DNA of 64,000 nucleotides from Christensenellales bacterium (lineage in GTDB: Bacteria > Bacillota > Clostridia > Christensenellales > UBA1431). The DNA lies in contig JAXGXY010000007.1 of assembly GCA_040772545.1 (NCBI GenBank), forward strand, positions 1,365-65,364, read 5' to 3'. This document shows positions 7,863 through 18,553 of the stretch, one piece after another (position 1 is the stretch's first letter; each line of letters begins with the position of its first letter). The translations under genes and the position numbers were made by a program. The notes beneath the pieces were generated by a model. The model was not told the origin of the DNA. It saw only the letters and a list, made by a program, of their open reading frames with translations, and ran no database searches.

Positions 7863-9110
7863 TTAGAACACGCGCCTGCCGCACACGAAGTTGCGCCTCC
7901 AGTACGGCCCGAACGCTCCGATCACGACCCTGCCCCTGCTGGATGAAGCGTGGACGAACTGGCCACCGCCAAGGTAGATGCCCGTGTGGCTCACGCGCGA
8001 ACTCCTGTCCGACTTGAAGAAGATCAGATCGCCCCTTCTCAGCGCCCCGACGCTGCCGACCCGCTGCCAGGACGATACCTGGCTGAACCCGGCCGCGTTG
8101 AACCGGCTCACCCGCACCCCCGAGTGGTTGAGCGAGTAGTAGACCAGGCCGGAGCAGTCGAACGATCTGGGCCCCGTGGCCCCCCATACGTACCGGTCCC
8201 CGAGCTGCCCGAGGGCGACCGATACCAGGCCTTCCGCGCCCGATCCGCCGCTGTATCCGGAGGACCCGTTCGACGGCGTCGCGGGCTTGGGCTTCGGCGC
8301 GGCCTTCGCGTTGGGCGAGAACAGCACGTCCCGCGACTGCGTGCCCATCTTCGCGTCCACGAACAGGCCGTTGACCTTCTGGAACGAGCGCACGGCCTTT
8401 TCCGTCTCGTCGCCGTATCTCCCGGTGGCCGTGCCTTTGAAGTAACCGAGTTCCTTGAGCCTTAGCTGCATGTTCTTTACGTCCAGGCCGATGTTCCCCG
8501 GATAGATCGTGTACATCTTGGCCTCGTCCGAGTAGAGGAGCTTGAGCGTCTCCTCCCCCGCGATGCCGTCGACCTGCAGGTCGTGGCACCTCTGGAACAG
8601 CTCGACCGAAAACTCCGTGACCGGCCCGTAGAAGTTGGTCACTTCGTCGTTCTCGAAGTATTCGAGTTCCATGAGCCGCGACTGGAGGCTGGCCACCTGC
8701 GGGTTCGTCGCCCCGATTTCGAGGCGGGGACCCGTGAATATGGACCGCATGAGCTGCGCCTGTTCCAGGCTCTTTACGGGCACGTCCACCGTCACCCCCG
8801 GCAGCACTTCGAGCGCCGCGGTGTCGTTTGCATCGTCCCCTTCGGCGTCGGGGTCTTCCGCCGTGTTCCCGTTGACCTTCACGCCTTTGAGTACCGAAAC
8901 GTCGTCGATTTTTTCCTGAATCTCCTGGCTGTCGACGCCGGGCAGCACCAGCGAGTCTTCAAGGTCGTCGGTGCCCTCGGCAAAGACGGTCCCCGCCGGG
9001 AGCAGCAGGGCCGCCGCCAGCACGGCGGCCAGCTTCCGCTTCACGCCTCTGCCCGTTTGGAGTCCGCAAACGCCTTTTTTTCGCCCGGGGCCTTCATTTA
9101 TACCAATCAT
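7863..9110 (-). CDS. NlpC/P60 peptidoglycan endopeptidase with two peptidoglycan-binding domains
   Basis: Signal peptide; two PG_binding_1 repeats (LQSRLMELEY..FQR, MQLRLKELGY..FQK); YVWGATGPRSFDCSGL...HTGIYLG..FVHAS. Start could be GTG at about 9044. Confidence 0.9.
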   Translation of the reverse strand: MIGINEGPGRKKGVCGLQTGRGVKRKLAAVLAAALLLPAGTVFAEGTDDLEDSLVLPGVDSQEIQEKIDDVSVLKGVKVNGNTAEDPDAEGDDANDTAALEVLPGVTVDVPVKSLEQAQLMRSIFTGPRLEIGATNPQVASLQSRLMELEYFENDEVTNFYGPVTEFSVELFQRCHDLQVDGIAGEETLKLLYSDEAKMYTIYPGNIGLDVKNMQLRLKELGYFKGTATGRYGDETEKAVRSFQKVNGLFVDAKMGTQSRDVLFSPNAKAAPKPKPATPSNGSSGYSGGSGAEGLVSVALGQLGDRYVWGATGPRSFDCSGLVYYSLNHSGVRVSRFNAAGFSQVSSWQRVGSVGALRRGDLIFFKSDRSSRVSHTGIYLGGGQFVHASSSRGRVVIGAFGPYWRRNFVCGRRVF

Positions 9111-9347
9111 GTTTTCCTTTCTTTGCCATTTGCTCAGGAAATATTAAGAAAGTATTACAATGGTATTATAACCAAAGCGTAACGGAAACGCAAAGCTTTT
9201 TTCCTTAGTTTTACAAAAAATCCTTTTTGTTGGGGGCTGAATATATAACCGTCGCCGGAACACAGCCAGGGGCCACTCAGACTGTCAAACAGCCTGCCGG
9301 CAGGGGGTGCGGGAGACGCAATCCCCCGCTTTTAACAACCGCCGACA

Positions 9348-9384
9348 CAGGGGCCCGGCCGAATCAGTCGGCCGGGCCCCTGTT
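9348..9384. terminator. Perfect GC-rich hairpin at the end of fprA
   Basis: acaggggcccggccga-atcag-tcggccgggcccctgt. Confidence 0.7.
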
Positions 9385-9395
9385 AATAAGCCCTC

Positions 9396-10586
9396 CTACG
9401 CGTTCAAAGCCGCGGCAACGTCCTTTGCAAGTGCGCGCGCGGCGCCGAGTTCCTCCTCGTTCGGGTTCATCTTGGCCCGGCAGGCGCCCGCGGTCTTCAT
9501 CCCGAGCTGTTCCATCCGCCCGAGGATGTGTTTCGCCGCCTCCCCGCTCCAGCCGTAACTCCCGAACGAGGCGCCGACCTTGGAACGGCAGACGATCGCC
9601 GAAAGGGCGCCCATCACCTGCCACACCGGTTCGAGCGCGTCCCGGTTAAGGGTCGGCGAGCCGATGATCACCGCGTCCGCCGCCATGGCCATCGCCGCCG
9701 CCTCTAAAGCCGGTATCAGCGAAACGTCCTGCACGCGCACGTCGACGCCCTCGCTCTCGAGCTCGGCGGCGATCGCCCGGGCAAGCTTGGCCGTGAACCC
9801 GTAACACGAAACGTACCCCACGAACGCGCTTTTCCCCCTGTGCGCGCCGGGCGCGGCCCATTTTTCATACCGCGCCACCGCTCCCAAGGGGTCTTTGTTG
9901 AGCACGGGGCCGTGCGACGGGCAGATCACAGAAATGTCCAGGCCGCGCACTTTTTCGCACGCTTCGAGCACGTGCTTCTTGAACGGGCTCATGATGACGT
10001 CGAAATAGTATTTCTGCGTTTCAAGCAGTTCCGAGACCGGCATCGCGTCCTCGAAGACGCCGGGCCAGTGGTGGTGGAACCCGAACACGTCCCCCGAGAT
10101 AAGCGCCCGGCGCTCGGGGATGTAGGTGAACATGGAGTCCGGCCAGTGCAGGAACGGGGCGGAAACGAACCGCAGCGTGACCCCTCCCAAATCGATGCTG
10201 TCGCCGTCGCCGACGACCCTGAGATTGAGCGGCTCGTTCACGATCTCCCTGATGAGGAGCGACGCCGCCCTGCTGCATACGATGCACGTTTCGGGAGAAA
10301 GTTCAAGCAGCTCGCGGACCGCGCCGGTGTGATCCGGTTCGGTGTGGTTCAGCACGAGGTAATCGATCCTGCTTGGATCGGCCCCCGCGTCGGTGAGCCG
10401 TTCCTTCCATTCCCCGAAAAACCCGGCCTTGACCCCCTCCACGACGGCGCAGGCGCCCCGCCCGCGCACGAAATACGAATTGTACGAAGTCCCGTACTGC
10501 GTGGACATGATGACGTCGAACACCCTCAGGTCGGGGTCCTGCGCGCCTACCCAGTACAGGCCCTCATCGATATTGTATGACTGCAT
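9396..10586 (-). CDS. fprA: Flavodiiron protein (A-type flavoprotein)
   Basis: GTSYNSY, NHTEPDH, LHWPDSM, PSHG; flavodoxin domain with FGSYGWSGEA. Confidence 0.95.
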   Translation of the reverse strand: MQSYNIDEGLYWVGAQDPDLRVFDVIMSTQYGTSYNSYFVRGRGACAVVEGVKAGFFGEWKERLTDAGADPSRIDYLVLNHTEPDHTGAVRELLELSPETCIVCSRAASLLIREIVNEPLNLRVVGDGDSIDLGGVTLRFVSAPFLHWPDSMFTYIPERRALISGDVFGFHHHWPGVFEDAMPVSELLETQKYYFDVIMSPFKKHVLEACEKVRGLDISVICPSHGPVLNKDPLGAVARYEKWAAPGAHRGKSAFVGYVSCYGFTAKLARAIAAELESEGVDVRVQDVSLIPALEAAAMAMAADAVIIGSPTLNRDALEPVWQVMGALSAIVCRSKVGASFGSYGWSGEAAKHILGRMEQLGMKTAGACRAKMNPNEEELGAARALAKDVAAALNA

Positions 10587-10595
10587 GCGCCCTCC

Positions 10596-10754
10596 TCATT
10601 CTTCCTCGAAATCTTCTTTCCCTACGCCGCATACCGGGCAGACAAAATCATCCGGGAGATCGTCAAACGCCGTTCCGGGAGCGATCTTTTCTTCCGGAAG
10701 GCCTTGTGCTTCGTCGTATACCCATCCGCAGACGGTGCAAACATAACGCTTCAT
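10596..10754 (-). CDS. rub: Rubredoxin
   Basis: [14 protein letters not shown]...[19 protein letters not shown]; GGGAGG RBS. Confidence 0.95.
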   Translation of the reverse strand: MKRYVCTVCGWVYDEAQGLPEEKIAPGTAFDDLPDDFVCPVCGVGKEDFEEE

Positions 10755-11052
10755 CCTGTTTCCCTCCCAAGCATGGTAGTTTTCCTGATACCCTATCCAG
10801 TTCAGTATACACCAGGCCTGTCCGAAAGGCAACGCATTTGCGCCGGGGAAAGAGAAACAGCGGTACAAGCCCATAATATTGCTGTAATTCGAAATATTTT
10901 CGTGAAATACGGCTTATTCACGCCCCCCTACCGCCTGGTAATACGTTATCTTTACCGTCCGGCTTGATCGCCGGGATGCGGGGGCCTATACTGTATATGT
11001 GGAAATAACGGTATTAAAAAAGAGCCCTTCCGGGCCGATTGGAGGATCGCTC

Positions 11053-11976
11053 ATGCCTACGGCCAGGATGAAGCTGCTGCTCTGCGCGCTCGCCGCGCTG
11101 CTCTTATTATCCGGATGCGCGCCCGCCGGGGCCGTCCTGGAACCGGCCCTTACGCCGGCCGGCCCGGCCGCGCCGACGCCTTCCGCGACGCCTTCGCCGC
11201 CTTCCGCCGCGCCGCACGAGCCGCAGGGCGAACTGGAAGTCCATTTCATCGACGTCGGCCAGGCCGACTGCATCCTTATAAAGCAGGGGAGCGCCGCGAT
11301 GCTCATCGACGCGGGCAACAACGCCGACGCATCGGCCGTCGTCGCGTACCTGCGCGGCGCCGGGATAACCAGGCTTGTTACGGTGATCGGCACGCATCCG
11401 CACGAAGACCACATCGGCGGCCTGGACGCCGTCCTTCTGGCCTTCCCCGCCGGCAGCGTCATCATGCCCAAAGTCGCCCACACCACCAGGACGTTCGAGG
11501 ACGTGCTCGACGCCATCGAGGCAAAAGGGCTGAGCGTCACTTCGCCCGTGCCCGGCCGGCGGTTCAGCGTGGGCGACGCGCGGTGCACCGTCCTCGCGCC
11601 GCGGTCCGCGGCCTACGGCGACCTCAACGACTATTCGGTCGTCGTGCGCCTGACGTTCGGGGACACCGCGTTCCTGTTCACCGGCGACGCCGGCGCCGAG
11701 TCGGAAAATGAAATGCTCTCAGGCGGCCTGCCGCTCGGGGCCGACGTGCTCAAAGTCGGGCACCACGGGAGCAGAACGTCGAGCACGGCGGCGTTTCTGC
11801 GGGCAGTCTCGCCTTCGGCCGCCGTCATCAGCGCCGGCACGGACAACGATTACGGCCACCCCGCCCCCGAAACGCTCGCCCGCCTGCGGGACGCGGGCGC
11901 GAGGGTATACCGGACCGACCTTTCGGGCACGATCGTGGCCTACAGCGACGGGCAGACCGTACGCATCCAACCGTGA
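11053..11976 (+). CDS. ComEC/Rec2-like MBL-fold hydrolase lipoprotein
   Basis: Lipobox LSGC, Pro-rich linker, FIDVGQAD, THPHEDHIGG, LKVGHHGS, YGHP. Confidence 0.9.
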   Translation: MPTARMKLLLCALAALLLLSGCAPAGAVLEPALTPAGPAAPTPSATPSPPSAAPHEPQGELEVHFIDVGQADCILIKQGSAAMLIDAGNNADASAVVAYLRGAGITRLVTVIGTHPHEDHIGGLDAVLLAFPAGSVIMPKVAHTTRTFEDVLDAIEAKGLSVTSPVPGRRFSVGDARCTVLAPRSAAYGDLNDYSVVVRLTFGDTAFLFTGDAGAESENEMLSGGLPLGADVLKVGHHGSRTSSTAAFLRAVSPSAAVISAGTDNDYGHPAPETLARLRDAGARVYRTDLSGTIVAYSDGQTVRIQP

Positions 11977-11990
11977 TGGGAGGAAATGAC

Positions 11991-12206
11991 ATGCTTGCAG
12001 TCATAGACCGTTTCGAGGGCGGCTTCGCGCTGTGCGAGTCCCTCGCAGACGGGCAGATGCGGCGCCTCGACCGCTCCGCCCTGCCCCCCGAAGCGAAGGA
12101 GGGGGACGTGCTGCGTATCGCCAGGGATTCCGTCACCATCGACAGCCGGCTTACCGAAAAACGGAAAGCGGATATGCAAAAAAGGATGGACAGGCTGTGG
12201 AAATGA
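11991..12206 (+). CDS. DUF3006 family protein
   Basis: VIDRFEG.FA.CE...LPPEAKEGDVL; GGGAGG RBS. Confidence 0.85.
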   Translation: MLAVIDRFEGGFALCESLADGQMRRLDRSALPPEAKEGDVLRIARDSVTIDSRLTEKRKADMQKRMDRLWK

Positions 12207-14057
12207 CTACGCGCCCGTCCTGTGCGGGATGGCCTTTAAAGCGGCGGCGCACAGCGCGGCGCACAGCATGAGCAGCGCGATCCCGTCCCGGCTCTGCCCG
12301 GTCATGGGCAGAAGCGAAGGCACGACCGTATAATCGACGCGCAGCCGCTCGGTCCCCCCGCCGGTCCTGACTTCATATTCCACCCAGCCGCCGCCGGCGT
12401 TGCAGGGGGTGAGCACGAGGCCGCCGTCTTCGGCCTCGGCCGAAGCGGTAAGGGCGTAATAGCTCCATTCCCCGCCGGGCAGGGAAGCCCTGAGCACATA
12501 CCGCCCGCCCGCGTATACGATAAGGTTGTCGGGTATCCCCGTGATGCTGAGCCCGGCCTGTTTCACGCGCACTTCGACGGTGTAGGCGCGCGTCTTCCCG
12601 CTCTCGGCCGTCACGGTGAAGGCCACGGGCGAGGAAAAGTCGGTCGGCACGCCGCACGCGGGCGAAACAGACGCCCCTTCATGCTCCACCTCGGGAATCA
12701 GGCGGGTGACGTCGGTCCCTTCCGGCACCTCCACGAAAACGGCCTGTCCCCGTATGTCCGCCTTCGCGTCCCTTATCCCCCTGAACGAAAACCCTGTCAA
12801 CGCGCATTTATCGCTCACCGCGTTGACGATAACGCTCAGTACGGCGTATGCCTTGCCGCGGTCTTCCCTCAGCGTGACGCGCGCCTTCCCTCCCGCCTCT
12901 CCGGTGAAAGCCGCCGTATACCCGCCCGCCACGGGCCTTGCCAGTCCGCCGTCTTCGAGCGCGAGCGCTTCGCCCTCCGTTTCTATAACGAAGGGCGCGT
13001 TTTCGGATTCGGACCCGACGAAGAGTTCCCCGCGTTGTCCTATGTTCATGCCCGCGCCCAGGGGGCGCCCCTCTATCGTCAGCGCCAGGCTGCTCACGCC
13101 GTATCCGTGGGCGAGCGCCACGTCCTCGCCGTAATCGTAGGTATCGCCGCGCGCGTTGTTGTCGAACGTGTTCGCGTCGAGATACAAAACGCCCGAGAGC
13201 ACCAGCAAGGCCGGCCCCTTCCCGTCGGACGCGTTGCGTGTAAAGGCCGAACCGGTCACGTACGTGTGCTGGGCGTGGGCGGCTATGGCCCCGCCTCCGC
13301 CCGCCGCGCTATTGAGCGTGAACGAGCAGGCGTCGAAGTTAAGCGGAATCAAGCCGCCCAGGACGTAGACGGCCCCGCCGCCCCCGGCCGCCTCGTTTTT
13401 TTCGAACGCGCAGCCGGCAAACGCCACTTCGTTGTCCGCATACGAATCGCGGATCGTCGCGTACACCGCGCCGCCGTACCGCCCCGCGCGGTTTTCAAGG
13501 AAATCGCTGTCCCGGATAGCGGCGTTTGCGCCGTCGTTCATCACCGCCCCGCCGAATCCGCTCACGCCGCCTGATGTACGGGCCGTGTTGCGCACGAAAG
13601 CGCAGTTTGATACCTCCAGCGTCCCCCTGTACTGGTAGAGGGCGCCGCCCGAATTGTCGGCGAAGTTGTCTGAAAAGACGCAGCGGTCGAGTTTGAGGGC
13701 GGCGCCATGGGCAAAGACCGCCCCGCCTGCCGCCGCATCGCCTTCGGTATGGTTAAAGCCCGAAAACGTCGTGTCTTCGATCGTGACGGCCGCATTCTTC
13801 ACGACCAGCGCGCGGCCGCCGTATCCGCTTTTCGGGCGCAGGGCATGGCCTTTGCCCGAGATCGTGAGGTCCTTATACACCTCTATCTCGCCGTCCGCTT
13901 CGAGGTCCCCCGCAATCACGATACGGTCGCCGGGGGACGCGGAATCGACGGCCAGCTTCAGCGCCGCCCAGTCGGAAACCACCCGCGGCGCGGCGCGCGC
14001 GGTGCTTGGAAGCATGAAAAGGAAAATCAAAGCAAGGCCGATGGCCGCCTTCTTCAT
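12207..14057 (-). CDS. Sortase-anchored surface protein with GGA(V/I)..F..N beta-helix repeats and a DUF5018-like Ig domain
   Basis: Signal peptide MKKAA...ARA; repeated FxxN...GGA motifs; VPEGTDVTRL.P...DFSSPV.FTVTAE; LPMTG + hydrophobic segment + basic tail. Confidence 0.8.
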   Translation of the reverse strand: MKKAAIGLALIFLFMLPSTARAAPRVVSDWAALKLAVDSASPGDRIVIAGDLEADGEIEVYKDLTISGKGHALRPKSGYGGRALVVKNAAVTIEDTTFSGFNHTEGDAAAGGAVFAHGAALKLDRCVFSDNFADNSGGALYQYRGTLEVSNCAFVRNTARTSGGVSGFGGAVMNDGANAAIRDSDFLENRAGRYGGAVYATIRDSYADNEVAFAGCAFEKNEAAGGGGAVYVLGGLIPLNFDACSFTLNSAAGGGGAIAAHAQHTYVTGSAFTRNASDGKGPALLVLSGVLYLDANTFDNNARGDTYDYGEDVALAHGYGVSSLALTIEGRPLGAGMNIGQRGELFVGSESENAPFVIETEGEALALEDGGLARPVAGGYTAAFTGEAGGKARVTLREDRGKAYAVLSVIVNAVSDKCALTGFSFRGIRDAKADIRGQAVFVEVPEGTDVTRLIPEVEHEGASVSPACGVPTDFSSPVAFTVTAESGKTRAYTVEVRVKQAGLSITGIPDNLIVYAGGRYVLRASLPGGEWSYYALTASAEAEDGGLVLTPCNAGGGWVEYEVRTGGGTERLRVDYTVVPSLLPMTGQSRDGIALLMLCAALCAAALKAIPHRTGA

Positions 14058-14284
14058 GAGGCCCTCACCCATCCGTACCGGTATTTGTCCGACCGTTATT
14101 GCTAGAGAGCGAAAAATGTAGGAATGTGCCGTGATGTATAGAATCATTGTAATCCATTTTCTTTTGTGCGTCAACAGGAATCCGGCAAAGAAAGGGGGCG
14201 GTTTGTCTTAAGACGGGATCGGACCGTATCCCGGCAGGCCGCGGTATGGTATAATGCTGAACAAAGCACGAGGAGGTGTCCCCT

Positions 14285-14458
14285 TTGAAAAAGAAAATCG
14301 AATTCGAATTCCTGCTCTGCGGCGGGATCGTCTCCTTCGTATGCCCCGAATGCGGGAAGAACATCAAGGCCACCACCGACGTGGTCCTGGCAAAGGACCC
14401 CCGGTTCAGGTGCCCGCACTGCGACAGCGAACTCGACATCGACGAAGAAGCGTTCTGA
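14285..14458 (+). CDS. Small zinc-ribbon protein
   Basis: CPECG...CPHC; GGAGG RBS before TTG; TGgTATAAT upstream. Confidence 0.7.
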   Translation: MKKKIEFEFLLCGGIVSFVCPECGKNIKATTDVVLAKDPRFRCPHCDSELDIDEEAF

Positions 14459-14552
14459 AGCCGGCCCGGGTTTGCCGCAGGTTGCGCGGTAAGGGCGCGG
14501 CGTACATACCCGCCCCACGGCCGGTGCATACTACGGCCATGGAGGTGAGATC

Positions 14553-14699
14553 ATGGCAAGGAAAAGGAAAAAAGCGAAACGGCCGGCGGAAGAATACCCC
14601 CGCGCCGATAAGACCCCCGAGCCTTCGGACATCGTCGACAGGTCTATGGGCGGGCAGTCCGGCAAGGCGTTTAAGGGCTGGCACCCCGACGACGTGTGA
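14553..14699 (+). CDS. 48-aa small protein (not in ORF track), possibly spore-associated
   Basis: GGAGGTGA RBS; MARKRKKAKRPAEEYPRADKTPEPSDIVDRSMGGQSGKAFKGWHPDDV; downstream hairpin; upstream ACATA-18-CATACTA. Confidence 0.65.
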   Translation: MARKRKKAKRPAEEYPRADKTPEPSDIVDRSMGGQSGKAFKGWHPDDV

Positions 14700-14805
14700 A
14701 CGCCCCGCCCATAAACCATGGGCGGGCGTCTGCGTCCGCCAAACAGAGGGGACGCTCATATCCCGGCGGCGCCCAAAATTTTTTCTTTAAAACCATTTTT
14801 CTTCA

Positions 14806-14834
14806 TTGACTTCGCCCCGCTATTCTGATATGCT
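14806..14834 (+). promoter_or_regulatory. Sigma-A promoter of the ilv/cim/leu leader
   Basis: TTGACT-17-TATGCT with TG extension. Confidence 0.75.
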
Positions 14835-14857
14835 GTTCTCTAATCTTTAATTTTTAA

Positions 14858-15140
14858 ATGCAATGATTAGAACGCGCGCGGTTTTAAGGCCCAGAGAGGG
14901 GATGTGCGGTGCGAATTCCCTGTGAAAAACTGCGTCTGGCGCTATCCTCTAGGAGCAACAGGCCCAAAGGCAACGAGTAGGCCGAGTCGGAGAACCCTCC
15001 GTTACCAAAGGCGCGGCATCGGGAGCGCGTTCGTCCCCGTGCCGGTCAGAGTGCATGTGCTTTTTTAAGCATATGAAATTGAGTGGTACCGCGAAGTGAG
15101 CCTTCGTCTCAATATCCCTTAAGGAGACAAAGGCTTTTTT
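14858..15140 (+). promoter_or_regulatory. T-box riboswitch
   Basis: Stem I with AGAGA and GGTGCGAA motifs; T-box AATTGAGTGGTACCGCG (15077-15093); terminator agccttcgtctc...gagacaaaggct + T run. Confidence 0.93.
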
Positions 15141-15301
15141 GTTTATCCCGCGCCAGTCTTCAATCAAGGGGAGATAGCGCACCGGCGGCATGGGCACGAG
15201 CGGCCTCGGCCCCGGCGGCCGGCCACGGCAAACCCATCACCGATTCTGTGTTAATATGCGACGCAATCATTCTTTATGAACGTTGAAGAGGAGGAGTAAC
15301 C

Positions 15302-17002
15302 ATGAAACAAACGGGCACTAAGATCATGGTCCAGAGCCTGTTGGACCACGGCGTGAACATGATGTTCGGCTTTCCGGGGGGGACCATCCTTCCGTTCTAC
15401 GATGAACTCTCCGGCTACGGCGACCGGATCACGCACATACTGACCAGCCACGAACAGGGCGCGGCGCATGCGGCGGACGGCTACGCCCGCGTGACCGGCC
15501 GCGCGGGCGTAGCGGTGGCCACGTCGGGTCCCGGTTCGACCAACCTCGTGACCGGTATCGCCACGGCATACATGGACTCGGTGCCCCTGGTGGTCATCAC
15601 GGGCAACGTGCCCTGCACCCTGCTGGGAACCGACGGGTTCCAGGAAGTCGACACCACCGGAATCACGATGCCGATCACCAAGCATAACATCCTCGTCAAG
15701 GACGTGAACAGGCTGAAGGAGTCGATGGACCTGGCCTTCACCCTCGCGCAGGAAGGCCGTCCCGGCCCGGTCCTCGTCGACGTCCCCAAGGACGTCCAGA
15801 CAGCCGCCTGCGAGTGCTGCCCCGCCCCGAAAGCGCCCGCGCCCTCCGGGGACGAAAAAGCGCTGCACCAAGAGCGGGTCGGGAGGTACGAAAGGGAGTT
15901 CGGGCCGCAGCTCGACGAGGCCGCCGCGATGATCAACCAAGCCAAAAAACCGATGATCCTCATCGGCGGCGGCGTGGTCCGTTCGGGCGCGTCGGGGCAG
16001 CTCCTGCGCCTGGCCGAACTGCTCAACGCCCCCGTGTCCAGCTCGCTGATGGGCCTCGGCGCGTTCCCCGCGTCCCACCCGCTCTACGTCGGGAACGTCG
16101 GGATGCACGGCAACGTGGTCTCCAACACTTTAAGCGGAGACTGCGACCTGTTCATCGCGATCGGCACGCGGTTCAACGACCGCATATTCGGCAGCCTCAA
16201 GGACTTTTTGCCGGCGGCGAAGGTCCTGCACATCGACATCGACCGGGCGGAGATCAGCAAGAACGTGCTGGCCCACAAAAACCTCGTGGGCGACGCGGGC
16301 GTCGTGATGGACGCCCTGACCGGGCGGCTGGAAAACGTTGACCGCTCGGCCTGGACCGGGGAAATCGCCGCGCTGAAAAAAGAAAACACGCGCGCGTTCG
16401 AAAAGACGGAAGCGCTCGACCCGCCCGTCATGATGCGCGTTTTGCGCGATAAGATCGGCGACGACGCGACGGTGGTCACCGACGTAGGCCAGCACCAGAT
16501 GTGGGTCGCGCTGCACGTACCTTTCGAAAAACCGCGCAAGCTGGTCACCAGCGGCGGCATGGGCACGATGGGCTTCGGCCTCGGCGCCGCGATCGGCGCG
16601 CAGGTGGGCCTGCCCGGCAACAAAACGGTGCTGGTCACCGGCGACGGGAGCTTCAGGATGAACTGCAACGAACTCGCGACCGTGGCCCACTACAACCTGC
16701 CCATCACGATCGTGCTGATGAACAACCGCACGCTGGGCATGGTGCGCCAGTGGCAGACGCTGTTCTACGACAAGCGCTACTACCAGACCACGCTCGATCG
16801 GGGCCCGGACTTCGTCAAGCTGGCCGACGCCTACGGCGTAGAAGGCCACCGCATCGACACCCTCCCCCAGTTCGAGGCGCAGCTGGAAAAAGCCGTCAAC
16901 GCAGGCCGTCCCGTGCTGCTCGACTGCCGCATCGACATCGACGCGAAGGTCAGCCCGATGGTCGGGCCCGGCAGACCCATCACTGATTTTGTGTTAAAAT
17001 AG
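15302..17002 (+). CDS. ilvB: Acetolactate synthase large subunit
   Basis: FGFPGG, HEQGAAHAADGYAR, GPGSTN, TDVGQHQMW, GDGSFRMN, GMVRQWQ. Confidence 0.97.
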   Translation: MKQTGTKIMVQSLLDHGVNMMFGFPGGTILPFYDELSGYGDRITHILTSHEQGAAHAADGYARVTGRAGVAVATSGPGSTNLVTGIATAYMDSVPLVVITGNVPCTLLGTDGFQEVDTTGITMPITKHNILVKDVNRLKESMDLAFTLAQEGRPGPVLVDVPKDVQTAACECCPAPKAPAPSGDEKALHQERVGRYEREFGPQLDEAAAMINQAKKPMILIGGGVVRSGASGQLLRLAELLNAPVSSSLMGLGAFPASHPLYVGNVGMHGNVVSNTLSGDCDLFIAIGTRFNDRIFGSLKDFLPAAKVLHIDIDRAEISKNVLAHKNLVGDAGVVMDALTGRLENVDRSAWTGEIAALKKENTRAFEKTEALDPPVMMRVLRDKIGDDATVVTDVGQHQMWVALHVPFEKPRKLVTSGGMGTMGFGLGAAIGAQVGLPGNKTVLVTGDGSFRMNCNELATVAHYNLPITIVLMNNRTLGMVRQWQTLFYDKRYYQTTLDRGPDFVKLADAYGVEGHRIDTLPQFEAQLEKAVNAGRPVLLDCRIDIDAKVSPMVGPGRPITDFVLK

Positions 17003-17036
17003 GACCGGTCCACGCACTTGAGCAAGGAGGTATACC

Positions 17037-17546
17037 ATGGATAAGCATACGATTTCGGTACTCGTCGACAACCAGTCGGGCGTTCTCGTTCGCGTGGCGA
17101 GCCTGTTCAGCCGGCGCGGCTTCAACATAGAAAGCCTGGCCGTCGGCGCCACCCACGACAAGGAGATTTCCCGCATCACCGTCCTCACCTACTGCGACCA
17201 GCGCGAACTCGACCAGATCGCGTCCCAACTCTCCAAGCTTGTCTGTGTCCGCGCCGTACAGGTGCTGCCCCCCGACAAGTCCATATCGAGAGAGCTGCTG
17301 CTGATAAAGGTGAAGACCGGCAGCGAGCGGCGCACGGAAGTAATGCTCATCGCGACGGCGTTCCGCGCCCACATCCTGGACGTCGCGCGCGAGACGATGA
17401 CCCTCGAGCTTACCGGCGAGTCCTCGAAGATATCCGCGCTCATCGCCCTCATGGCCGATTTCGGTATCCTCGAGACCATGCGTACCGGGATCGTCGCCCT
17501 CGAACGCGACGCCGGCACGATCTACCACACATTACGGGAGGAATGA
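17037..17546 (+). CDS. ilvN: Acetolactate synthase small subunit
   Basis: ACT domain [23 protein letters not shown]. Confidence 0.95.
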   Translation: MDKHTISVLVDNQSGVLVRVASLFSRRGFNIESLAVGATHDKEISRITVLTYCDQRELDQIASQLSKLVCVRAVQVLPPDKSISRELLLIKVKTGSERRTEVMLIATAFRAHILDVARETMTLELTGESSKISALIALMADFGILETMRTGIVALERDAGTIYHTLREE

Positions 17547-17551
17547 TTAAA

Positions 17552-18553
17552 ATGGCAAAGATGTACTACGAAAAAGACTGCTCCCTCGATTATCTCAGGA
17601 ATAAAACCGTGGCCGTGATCGGCTACGGCAGCCAGGGTCACGCCCACGCGCTCAACCTCAAAGACAGCGGAGTAAACGTCGTGGTCGGCCTGTACGAGGG
17701 CAGCAAGTCCTGGCCCAGGGCCGAGGCGGCGGGGCTGAAGGTCGCCACCGCGGCGGACGCGGTCGCCGAGGCGGACGCCACGATGATCCTCATCAACGAC
17801 GAGAAACAGGCGCGCCTCTACAGGGAAAGCGTCGCGCCCAACCTCAGGCCGGGCAGCGCGCTCGCCTTCGCGCACGGCTTCAACATCCATTTCGGGCAGA
17901 TCGTGCCGCCCGACGACATCGACGTGTTCATGGTGGCACCCAAGGGCCCCGGGCACACGGTGCGCAGCCAGTACCAGGAAGGCTTCGGCGTCCCCTGCCT
18001 GGTCGCCGTCCACCAGGACGCGAGCGGGAAGGCCCTCGACATCGCGCTTGCCTACGCCCTCGGCATCGGCGGCGCGCGCGCCGGCATCCTCGAGACCACG
18101 TTCCAGGAAGAGACGGAGACGGACCTGTTCGGCGAGCAGTGCGTGCTGTGCGGCGGCGTCTGCGCGCTGATGAAGGCGGGATTCGAGACCCTGGTCGAGG
18201 CGGGCTACCAGCCCGAAAGCGCCTATTTCGAGTGCGTGCACGAAATGAAGCTCATCATAGACCTGGTCAACAAGGGCGGCCTCTCCTTCATGCGGCATTC
18301 CATCAGCGACACAGCCGAGTTCGGCGACTATTCCGTCGGCGGGCGCATCATCACCGATGAGACGAAGGCCGAGATGAAAAAAGTGCTCAAGGAGATCCAG
18401 GAAGGCGATTTCGCGCGGCGCTGGATCCTCGAGAACCAGGCGAACCGCCCGTTTTTGAACGCAAAGCGGCGCGAGGAGAAGGAAAGCCTCGTCGAAACCG
18501 TCGGCAAGGAACTGCGGGCGATGATGAACCGCCCGGAAGACCGGAAAGGATGA
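17552..18553 (+). CDS. ilvC: Ketol-acid reductoisomerase
   Basis: [35 protein letters not shown]. Confidence 0.97.
   Translation: MAKMYYEKDCSLDYLRNKTVAVIGYGSQGHAHALNLKDSGVNVVVGLYEGSKSWPRAEAAGLKVATAADAVAEADATMILINDEKQARLYRESVAPNLRPGSALAFAHGFNIHFGQIVPPDDIDVFMVAPKGPGHTVRSQYQEGFGVPCLVAVHQDASGKALDIALAYALGIGGARAGILETTFQEETETDLFGEQCVLCGGVCALMKAGFETLVEAGYQPESAYFECVHEMKLIIDLVNKGGLSFMRHSISDTAEFGDYSVGGRIITDETKAEMKKVLKEIQEGDFARRWILENQANRPFLNAKRREEKESLVETVGKELRAMMNRPEDRKG

Noticed and set aside
11053-12206. Competence channel comEC
   Set aside because: Only the MBL domain on a lipoprotein, with no multi-TM competence domain; pairing with DUF3006 is common.
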